A DNA stretch of 64,000 nucleotides from assembly GCA_036785375.1 (NCBI GenBank), contig JAWMAR010000261.1, positions 930,001 through 994,000 on the forward strand, in the 5' to 3' direction. Shown one piece after another: positions 26,401-38,400 of the stretch; the stretch's first letter is position 1; each line of letters opens with the position of its first letter. Both the position numbers and the translations under genes were made by a program. Origin of the DNA: Leucoraja ocellata. Taxonomy: Eukaryota. A model generated the notes under the pieces. That model saw only the letters and a program-made list of their open reading frames with translations, searched no databases and was not told where the DNA came from.

Positions 26401-29400
26401 CTTGAAAGCAACATGCACGTCACTGAGAAGGGGACCCTCAATCTCAACGATAGGAAGGGACTGCTCTCCACTGATGAGCTGGATGTTGGTGCCCGAGGTA
26501 TCCATGCACTCCGCTGAGTTCTGGACAGCTGATCCCTCTGCGGGATTCAGTGCTTTTGCAAGTGTGTCGAACGCCCTGAAACACCAATGGTCAGAAAATG
26601 CAAAGATATTTTATTTTGATGTCATTTTGCCAGGTATATTTCTGCATACCAAATATATATTAAAAAAACAAATGCAAAGTGAGAAGGGCACAGCATAACT
26701 AAAGGAATCAACTATGTAGGAAGGAACTGCAGATGCTGGTTTACACCGAAGATAAGACACAAAATGCTGGAGTAACTCACAGGACAGGCAACATCTCTGG
26801 CGACAAGGATGTTTTGGGTTGACACCCTTCTTCAGAGTCTGAAGAAGAGTCTCGATCCAAAACGTCACTCATTCCTTGTCTCCAGAGATGCTGCCTGTCC
26901 CGCTGAGTTACTCCAGTATTTTGTGTCTACTAAAGGAATCAACTGACTGAAGAGGGTTACACTCATGTGCTGCAGGCTACGTTTTGAATATTTTTAGACT
27001 GTACCTCACCAACATCATTTAGGACGGTGGCAGATTGTTTAGTTTTACTTCAGTGACCTGGATTGCTTCATTTATTTTTTTCTTTTACTACGTTAGGCTC
27101 ATTTAGTTTTAATCCTAATCCTAATTTCCTAATTTAATCCTAATTTCAATCACGTTTTTTGTTTATAATAGGCGGAGAATGGGCTTTGTGAAGTACTTTT
27201 GTAAATCATTGGTTGCGCAATGAAAGATGAAAGCTGGAAAAGATGAAGACAGAACAAAGCCTGGCACGTGATAGGTGGATACAGATGAGGGGGGTTTGAT
27301 TGGCAAATGGGTAATGAAGGCTAGAGAAGGAAAGGAGACAAAAGCATAGGTTTATGCTTCAGTTACACGGCACATTAAGGCACTATTTATGGAAGGATGT
27401 AAATACATTGCAAGCAGCTAAGGGAAACTTTATTCGACTGATATCTGGAATAAATGGACTGCAATAAGGAAATGTTGAACAGTCTAGGCTTGTATCTGCG
27501 AGAGTTCAGAAGAGCTTGAAAGGAAACACACAAGATCTGGGGGAGGGGGCGGCTTGACAGGGTGGACATGGAGAGAATGCCTCCTTTTATAGACAAATTT
27601 TGAATGAAGGGTTACTCATTTAAGGCAGAGATGATGCCAACTGGTCCCAAATATTCGCCGATCTCTTTGCAAAGTGGCAATAGGAGCAGAATTTTTGAAT
27701 AATTTTGGGGCAGATGTAGGTAGATTCGTCAACTGTAAGGAAGTGAAAGTGACTGCAGGTAGACACAAAATGCTGGAGTAACTCAGCGGGTGAGGCAGCA
27801 TCTCTGGAGAGAAGGAATGGGCGACGTTTCGGGTCACCTCACCCCCATTCAACAATCCTGCCTCACCTGCTGAGTTACTCCAGCATTTTGTGTCTACCTT
27901 CGATTTTAAACCAGCATCTGCAGTTCTTTCTTTCACATGAAAATGACTGCAGATAGACGGGAATGTGGAGTTGAGTCTGCAATCTGATCTTAATGAATGG
28001 TGGAGTCCACTCAAGGCTGAATGGTATCTCCTTGCTCCGAGTTCATGTAAGTTTGTTTGATGATTACCTGGTAATATCACTCGCAGACTGGTCATCCTGC
28101 TGCATTTCTGATAAAGAAGCATCACCATTACTTAGGGCATCTATCCCCGACAAATCGGCACTGCTTTGGGACAGATCCTTGGACTTGCTTAGGTTTGCAA
28201 GTGATGTGACCACATTTGCGAGAGTGCTTAAATCACCTTGACAGGTTTCAATCTGAAATAACACAACAGCCCTGGTAAACAATCACTCTTTATCCATCTA
28301 ATAGAATATTACGGCAGGCACGGAAATTCAGCAGAGTAGACTGGACCATATCGCACCTTGTTCTCAGCTGTGAGTAGCATAGCACTCTCTGTCTTCATCA
28401 GTGGTTGTTGGATATTTACCAGCATTCCAGGCTCTAAAAGACCTCCAGATCTTTGTAAAACAAAATAATAAAAGCATTTGCATTTATACAACACGTCTTT
28501 GCAAGCTCTTTCATAGTCAGGCTATTAATCTTTTTCCCCACAAAGACACCACTGCCTCATCACTACGTTAGGAAAGATGCTGTCAAGCTGCAAAGGGTGC
28601 AAGGAAGATTTACGAGGATGTTGCCAGGATTCGCGCGGGTTCAAGGTTCGAGATTCAAGATTTAATTGTCACATGTACCAATTAAGCTACAGTGAAATTT
28701 GAGGGAGAGGTTGAGCAGGCTAGAACTCTCGTCCTTGGAGCGCAGGAGGATGAGGGATGATCTTGTAGAGGTGTACAAACACACGAGAGGAATAGATCGG
28801 GTAGGCGCACAGAGTCTCTTGCCCAGAGTAAGGGAATCGAGAACCAGAGGACATAGGTATAAGGTGAGGGGGGGGGGAAAGGTTTGAAAGGAACCTGAGG
28901 GGTAACTTTTTCACGCAAAGGGTGGTAGGTGTATAGAGGAGGTAGATGAGGCAGGTAGCATCACAACGTTTAACAAACATTCAGACGGGTACATGGATAG
29001 GACAGGTTTGCAGGTATATGGGCCGATCGCAGGCAGGTGGGACTAGAGTAGATGAGACATGTCGGCAATGTACAACTAAATTCTAAAACCACTCCTCAAA
29101 ATTAGATTTTGCTGCTGTTTGAAATCGATCAGGTGCACACAAATGGGATGGAAATCCACAGTAGAAAGTGTACAATTTTAGGCAACAAAAGCATTGAACA
29201 TCCCTGTGTTGCTTATTTTGTAACAAATGAAGAGATTGATCCATCTTCAATATTACAATCATCACTTTAACCTCAAACATGATCTCTATTAATAAAAGTA
29301 ACAGTTTATTTTTTTTAAAACCCTCTTCCCAACATCAGTTTTGGTCAGAAGATTCACAAAATGCTGGAGTAAAGGGGCTGTCCCACTGTATGAGCTAATT

Positions 29401-32400
29401 CAAGAGTTCTCCCGAGTTTAAAAAAAAATCAAACTCATGGTAAGCACGTAGAATGTACGTAGCGGGTACGTCGGAGCTCGCGGACGTCTCTTAGCGGCTC
29501 GTAACGCTAACGGCAGGTACTCGGGAAATGCGGTAAGCTCGTGAAGATTTTTCAACTTGTTGAAAAATGTCCAGGAGAGCCCCGAGAACCTATTACCGTA
29601 ATTCGCCGAGTTCGAATCGGGGAAACTCGGGAGAACTCTTGAATTAGCTCGTACAGTGGGACAGCCCCTTAACTCAGTGGGTCAGGCAGCATCTCTGGAG
29701 AAAAGGAATGGGTGACATTTTGGGTCAATACCGAGAGTCAGGGAGGGGGTAAACTAGAGGTATGGGAAGGTACAGAACAAAGCAGAGCCCGCATCGATGA
29801 CTCAGAGTAGGTGGAGCCCACAATGGTCCATTGTTGACTGGGGATGAGATGATAACGGAGGAATACAAACGGTGAACATTTTCGGTCAGCTTTGGGTCTA
29901 AACTGGAGTGTTGGTGCACCAGAACACCAGGTTATTTTCCTGTTGAATTCTCCTTCAGCTGAGATGTTACCTTGCACTTTCCTTGTCCGTTACAAACGTT
30001 GGCGTTGCAGCCAGAGGACTACGCAAATCTTTCCGGATGTAAATCTTTTCAGTCGACGCTGCGCAATTTGCTGACTTTTCTCGAGACACTTCGATGGGTT
30101 TCCGCTCACACTGCACAGCTATTGAGAAAGCAGACGCTGTCAACCATTTACGGTGAAACTACTGAATGGCCTCAAGATATATTGGTCTGGAGATATGGGG
30201 CTTCACTTACAATCCTGCTTCATGCCCAGTACCAGGCATCTCTGCAACCGACAGTACTGGCAGCGGTTCCTGTGGTGCTTGTTAATCACACAGTCCTTCG
30301 ACCCCCTGCACACATACACTAAGTTCTTCCTTATACTTCTTTTGAAGAAGCCTTTACAACCTTCGCAGCTCACTGCCCCATAATGACGTCCTGAAACGTT
30401 AGGGAAAACAAAAATAGAATCAGATTAACTTCTCAGGTTAAATACAAGTGATTCTTCAAAATCTGACAATGGTTATAATCAGCTAAATAGAACTGTCAAA
30501 TACCGATGTATAGGAAGCAACTGCAGATGCTGGTTTACACCGCAGATAGACATAAAATGAGGGAATACCTCAGCAGGTCAGGCAGCATCTCTGGAGAAAA
30601 GGAATGGGTGTTGTTTTGGTTCGGGACATCTGTTCTGCTAGTTTGACAGTTGTTATCCCCTTGCTATCTCCTCCTCCACAGCACACAATGAACTATTGTG
30701 GGTACTTTGATCAGCACTATCAGCTCTGATCTGTTCTGTACCTCTTCATACCTCTGGTTTCCCTCTCCCCTGACTCTCAGTCTGAAGAAGGGGCCCGACC
30801 CAAAATGTCACCTATTCCTCTTCTCCAGAGATGCTACCTGGCTCGCTGAGTAACTGCACATGTTGTGTCAAATACCCATATTTCACATGAAAAATACTCC
30901 AGGAGATAACGAGGACAGAGAACAAGAAACAAGAGGAGGAGGCCAATTGGCCCTTCAAGTCTGCTTTGCTGTTTAATATGACGGTGGTCCATCCAAATTC
31001 TGGCTTCTACACCACTTCCCCCCTTCTCCATAAACCTCGACTCCTGTGCAATTGAAATATTTGTCAATCACTGCCTTGAATATGCTCAACTTTTACCACA
31101 GAAGTTCTCCAAATCAAGAATTCCAAAGATTCACGACCCCCAGGAGAAATTTTGCCCTGTCAGTCTTAAACGGACAACCCATTCTTCCAAAACGACCCTG
31201 GCTATAAATAGTCCCCACCAAGGCAAACATGCTCTCTGACTGCACCCAGTCAACCCCTTACAGCACCTACAGATCTAATCACAGAGTATATTGAACTTCT
31301 CCAATTACTCCAGGTAGATTATGGGGCAGCACGGTGGCGCAGCGGTAGAGTTTCTGCCTTACAGCACCAGAGACCCGGGTTCGATCCTGACCACAGTTGC
31401 TGTCTTTACGGAGTTTGTATGTTCTCCCTGTGACTGGGTGGGTTTTCCCGGGTGCTCCGGTTTCCTCCAGCACTCCAAAGGCATACAGGTTTGTGGGTTA
31501 ATTGGCTTGGTATAAATGTAAATTGTCCCTAATGTGCGTAGGACAGCGTTAGTGTGCGGGGATTACAGGTTGGCACGGACTCGGTGGGCCCAAGGGTCTG
31601 TTTCCACACTGTATCAATAAATTAAACATAGAACTGTATATTAACAGAACATTGTTCCCAAGTATAGAAATCCAGCATTCCAAAGTATAGGCTGCTGACC
31701 CAAACAACGCACCAATCCCATTTGTATTTCATTCAAAACTCCATTTAAAAAAAAAGTTTACCCATTCAATTTCAGTATTTCTGGAAATTAAAATGACCAA
31801 TTTAGATGGCCTTGTTATGGCAATGCATTGAATAGAGTTTCCCCATGTGGTTGACTTTCAATTGCCTCCTCAGTTCAGAGGGAATAAGGAATCATGCTGT
31901 GATGCATCCTGATAAAATGTTTTCTACAGCATACCTGTAGAAGTTGGTGAGGGTTATTGGGGACATGCCAAACTTCCTAAAGGGCCTGTCCCACTTTCAC
32001 AACCTCTGCCGAGTTTGCCCTTGACTCATACTCGCAGCATGGTCGTCACGAGGTCGTAGCAGGCCGTGATGCTAGTCGTAGGTACTCGCGGCATCAAGTG
32101 GGTCGGGGCGTTTTTTCGAGCATGATGTAAAATATCCACGAGTAAAAAAGGTTGTGAATTAGGTTGTGAAAGTGGGACAGGCCCCTAACCCTTCTGAGGA
32201 AGCAGAAGCTTTGGTGGCCATTGCTTCAACATGGGTGGTCCAGGACAGATTGCTGGTGATATTTAATCCTGAGAACATGGACCTTTCAACAATCTGGACT
32301 TCGGCTCTGTCAATGAATGTGTACTGCTTTGCTTATTGAAGTCGATCACCATCTCCTTTGTCTTGATGCCATTGAGGGAGAGGTTGCTGTCTGGGCACCA

Positions 32401-35400
32401 GGTTCTCAATCTCCTTCGTGCTGATCAATCGGCTGACCATTGAGTTCCCCCAGCACTTTGCTTTTTTTTTTTGTTTTCTTTCTTGCTACATTTAGTGCAG
32501 TTTTGGACTTTACCACTCTCTCGGGGAACTTCAGAGCAGAATCAAGTACTGGATCAGAGCTTTGATAGCAGATTGACAACAGTTACTGAAGGGCCTGTCA
32601 TGAAAATGGCGCGCAAAGATTTTGTACATCCCAAAAATCCTGGGGCACCGCGTGTCACTGCCTACGTCACCACGCACGCATCACAACGCACGCGTCGTGA
32701 CGTGTACATGATGTCGCAAAAAAGACTCGCAAATGACACCCAAGTGGGACAGGCCCTTTAATCTCAAATGTAATTGTTCTTTCCCCCCCAAAGGACATCA
32801 TCACTTTCTAAGGACAATGGTTGTTAACTCCGTCAATTAAACATATGCAATGCAAGCAGAATAAGTGAATTTGGGCTAGAAAGACCAAATCAGATCAAAA
32901 TCCAGCTACCAATAGACAGAATATTAGATTATTGACTTTCATGTTGGATATACAATGAGTAGGAATCAGCTTTACGAATCTTCAGATTTAGAATGTCAAA
33001 CCATCACCTGCATTGAAGGATATGATTGTGAATAAACATGTGTTATCAAACGTAAGCTTTAGTTTAGTTTAGTTCCGAGATACAGCGTGGAAATAGGCCC
33101 ACTGAGTCTGTGCCAATCAGCGATCCCCATACACTAACACTATCCTACACACTAGGGACAATTTACAATTATACCAAAGTCAATTAACCTACAAACCTGT
33201 ACATCTTTGGAGTGAGAGAGGAAACCGGAGCACCCGGAGAAAACCAACACAGGTCACAGGGAGAACGTACAACCTGCGTAAAGACAGCACCCCGAGTCAG
33301 GATCGAACTTGGGACTCTGGTGCTAAAAGGCAGCAACTCTACCGCTGCGCCACCGTGCCGCTATCTTTAAATAAAAGTCCGAATTTAAAGTAACTTTTTC
33401 TTACCCGATGCTCTGTCACCACAAACTACACAAAACTCCAGTGGTGGCTTGACTGCACTTTGCTCAGCCGAAGATGCATCCGTTACAATCTACATAGATG
33501 AAAATATGAACATGTTTAAAAAAAACACATGCAGAGCAAACCAAGGCAAGAAATTCTGCAACACAAGACCTGTATATATAACTTCCAGTTAAAGCTTTGG
33601 CCGAGTTATGATACATACCTGCACAAGTTCTAAGTGCAACCACTATCAGCTGAACGGGAGTAAGCTTTCAATTATTTTTAAAATAAGTCCCTGCAGTTTG
33701 ATAAACTCAGTTACTCTCAAGTTACTCAAGTGAAGTTTAGGCAGGGAAAAGTTTAGACACAGATTAATTGTTCACCACCAATTTTGAACCATCAAGTCTG
33801 TACTGTGCTCAACACTGTAAGCGGGGATTTCTTCTTACGTAACCTTTCAGTATGTGCTGGGTGGGCTGACATTTCTTGGACAATCCTTGTGACCCTGAGA
33901 AGGCACGTCAGCTGGTTGGTTTGCTTTGTCAGTTCCGAGAATAGTTAGGAATGGACTAAGAGCAAAGTCACCCATAGAAACATAGAAAATAGGTGCAGGA
34001 GGAGGCCATTCAGCCCTTCGAGCCAGCACTGCCATTCAATATGATCATGGCTGATCATCCAAAATCAGTACCCTGTTCCTGCTTTCTCCCCATATCCCTT
34101 GATTCCGTTAGCCCTATGAGCTATATCTAACTCTCTCTTGAATACATTACAGTTTAGACATGGAGACACAAGCAGATGCTGGTTCACATAAAAAGACACA
34201 GAGTGCTGGTGTAATTCAGCAGGTCAGGCAGCACCTCTGGAGAACATAGATAAGTAGCGTTTCAGATTGGGACCCTTCTTCAGTCTGACAATGAGGGAAA
34301 TCTATATTTGCCAAAGATGCTGCCTGACCCACTGAGTCTATTTTCACACTGTAGACATAATAGCCGATTTCCTTTTTTTGAAAAGCGGTTATTGAACCCA
34401 AATACCAACCTTTCTCCCCAAATACCAATCTTAATTTTTTTCCTTCAAATATAAAAGGTTTTTATTTCCGTCCAGCAAGTGTGATTTTAATTCTTGTCCT
34501 CTGGGTTATTGGATTACTTGACCAATACTGTAAATAACACTATACCCAGGAAAGGACATGTCAATCCTTTAACTCGCTCAACTCTCTAGCACCTCAGAAA
34601 CACTTCCTTTTTTTTGCAGAATCTGAAAAAGTCAAAGTATGGAGTGCAGCAAAAACAAAGGATATTAAGTGGACAAAGCAAATGAGGATGGAGATTGCTG
34701 GCAGCACTCGAGTTTGTGTTTTAAAAGCCCAATGATTGTAGGAGGAAGAATCTGAGAGCCCTATAAAATGATCTGATTTTCAAGATGATAGGAAAAACGG
34801 AAGTGAGAGAAGACAAAGAGGCATTTGGATACGCACATGAATTTGCAGGGAATGAAAGGGTCTGGATCATGTGCAGGCAGATGAGATTAATTTACCTTGG
34901 GATCATGTTTGGCACAAACATTAAGGGCTGAAGGTCCTGTTCCTGTGCTGTACTGTTCTAATTTTGAATGAGGTTTCAATCAAGTGACTATTAGTTATCT
35001 CAGAAGAAATGGACACAGATACCAGACTGAATGAACAAGGAAACAATCCACCACTCAAGCATCAATTCTACTAACCAAAATTATTTCAGTGGCTTTTAAT
35101 AATAACGCTCTTCTGGGGAGAAAAAAGCACTAAAAATATACATTTAAAAGTTAGTCTCAGTAAAAATTATTATAAAGCCTTTAGGATATTGCAAATACAA
35201 ATGTTTTCTTTACTGTCTGACTCTGGAGAATTGAATGCTAATTTTGCCCGTAACTGTCTGACTGGAATAAAAAAATAAAATAGAAATCAAAGGAAAGGTG
35301 GAAAGGCTAGATTGTGGGGGGAAGAAACAAAACACAATGCTTTAATTTAATAACAGGCTTGTACAAAGTTTTCAGGTTCCAAAGGTCACCACACATTGCA

Positions 35401-38400
35401 ACGTATAATTTATGTCCACTCTACCTGTATGTGCTGCGCTGATCCATCGGGAGATGTAAAGATGAGTTGGTTGAGACCAGCAGAATCAGGCGTGGACAAG
35501 ATGACCTTTCCTTGTCCTGAATCAGGCCGGGCTAATATCACTTTGTTCGATGGTGTGCCATCTGAATTCGTTAATATGAATTGCTTGCTTGCACCATGGT
35601 CCATCGACGTGACTATCTGAATCTTTTGGCCCGTCTGCTGATCAGTGACAATCTACAATTAAAAACACATCATTTGGCAGCTGCCATTTATCATAGGACA
35701 CAGAGGAAAACAATCTAACGGTGCCCTCTGTAACCTTGCATGTCCAAATACCAACTTCAACATTCCATGATCCACACACAACCATTTAAGAAATTGTTTC
35801 CCAAAATGTCACTGACCTCATCTCCAGAGATTCTCCCTCTCTGACCATATTCTCCAAATCTCTATAAAAGCCACATTTCTACCTTCCTTCTTATGGATCC
35901 CAGCTTTATTTGCCTCGGTCAGATACATGCAATATTCTCTGCTCCAGTTCTTCCGGATCTAATCCCTCCCCCTTTTTCAGTTCACTTAAATTTACTACAG
36001 CAAAATGTTCTCCTCTCCGTGAAGAGCGTCATCAACTTTCCGACCATTTTCTCTCCCTCTTTTCTTCATGTGATTCACATTTGACCTTCCTTCCCTCACA
36101 TTTTCATTACTTTTGTGGGGAATAGACTAGCGATCGATATTCATTACATAATCAATGGCCCCCTCGCTTACCCTTCCATCCCACTTCCCATAAGTGTTCC
36201 ATTCATCCAGTTTTCCATTCTTCTCCCAGCTTGCACCATCTGATCTTGCAACATTATCTTCTGCAGCAGTGTTGCTTATGCGGCTTCCTTAAGACTTAAC
36301 TGAGCTTTCTCTCTGTACTTGACATGCCCCACGACCGTATATATTCCACCCTGTACCATTTGTTAATTTTGTCCCTCCATCACAGAACTTTGAGAGGTCT
36401 ACCTGTCCTCACCACCCTCCAACCCATTCCAGCAGCTTTTAAATTCACCTGTTATCATGACCTCTTGTTTTGTGAGGAAACCCACAAACACATACCTTCC
36501 TGTATCAATTTTCCAATTGCTCCCTCCACTCCTTGCTGGTTCATATCACCAGCACGCAACTTTTTAAAAAAATTGCACAGCCTATTTGCATGAAAGGTTT
36601 CCCCCATTTATGTTCTCCTTTCCTACTCTCCGGAGCATGTATTCTTAAGGCGAAATAACAATTTATATGCCCCTTTCAATGTAGTATAGTATACTCGCCA
36701 CTCATGGTATGTCTTCCCTGAGAACATATGAAAAAGAGGCACAGCAGACCATACTATCCTTTAATCCTACTTCACCATTCAAAAAGGTCATGGTGGACTG
36801 ATCAGTGGCCCCAACTCCACTTTCCAGCCGAACTGTTATAATACATGATTTCCCCATGAGAATCTCAACCTTCAATAGATTCAGCGATCACACCTTTCTG
36901 GGGTAAAAATAAAATTCTGAACATCCTAAGAAATTCCTTTTTACTTTTTACCTCAAGACTTGAAGGCGTTTTGAGATTCTCCTCTCATGCACTCTCACCC
37001 GAGAGCATCAGATACAATCACCCATCCACTCTTCCAAACTCTAGACAGCAAACATCTATTCTCTTCAACCATTCATAAAACAAACTCTCTAGTGCACAAA
37101 TCAATCGGGAGAACCTTTCTGTTCCTCATTAGGATTACCAGGTATAATCTTAGCAAATGAGCACCAGGCTTTAATCTCGAACACCATTACTGATCTCATC
37201 ACTTCTGACTGTCTGCCTTCCACAGCCTCCAACCTTATCGTTTCCCAGCCCCGCACAGCCCGTCTTTATCTTCTCCCAAAATCCCCAAACACAACTGCCC
37301 TGGCAGACCCTTTCTTTCTGCCTGCTCCTGTCCCACAGAAATGATTTCTACGTACTTTGACTCCATCCTATCCCCCCGGTCCAATCTCTCCCGACCCATG
37401 TCCAAGATACCTCGCATGCCGTTCGTCTCTTTAATGACTTCTGCTTTCTCGAGCCCCCGCTCCCTCATCTTTACAATGGACGTTCAGGCACTCTACACCT
37501 CCATCCAACACCAGGAAGGCCTTAGAGCCCTCAATATCTTCCTCGACCGCAGAACCATCCAATTTGCCTCTACTAACACTCTACTCCACCTAGCGGAGCT
37601 GGTCCTCACCCTCAACAACACCTTTGACTCCTCCCACTTCTTCCAAGTCCAAGGCTTAGCTATGGGCACCCGCATGGGCCCCAGCTATGCCTGCCTCCTT
37701 GTAGGGTACGTTGAAAAATCCCTGTTCCAGGTGTACACTGGCCCCATCTCCAAACTCTATGTCCATTACATGATGACTGCATCGGTGCTACCTCCTGCAC
37801 CCATGCAGAACTCATGGGCGTCATCAACTTCACCACCAATTTTCATCCTGCACTCAAATTTTCCGCCCAAGATGTGGTGTTCCATATTAGAACATCCGAG
37901 ATGTCCTCATTCTTTAGGGGACAGGGGTTCCCCTCTCCCATCATAGATGAGGCCCTTACTCGTGTCTCCTTGGTTCCCCACAGCTCCGCCCTTGCTCCCC
38001 TCTCCGTAGTCACAACAGAGACAGAATCCCCATAGTCCTTACTTTCCACCCCACCAGCCTTCGCATATGACCTCCAATTCCTCCAAAATTTCCGCCACCT
38101 CCAACGGGATCCCACCACTAGCCACATTTTCCCATCTCCACATCTTTCCGCCTTCTACAGAGACCATTCCCTCCACAACTCCCTGGTTAACTCATCCCAT
38201 CCCACCCAAACCACCCCCTTCCCAGGTACCTTCCCCTGCAAGCGCAGAAGATGCAACACCTGTCGCTATACCTTCTCCCTCGACTCTGTCAAGGGGCCCC
38301 AACAGTCCTTTCAGGTTAGGCAGAGGTTCACTTGCACCTCCTCCAGCCTCATCTACTGTATCCGTTGTGCAAGATGTGGACTCAAACGCAGACTGTGCGA

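Noticed and set aside
31324-31400. tRNA gene
   Set aside because: tRNA-derived head of a SINE that continues into the V-domain and tail; many decayed copies in the window.
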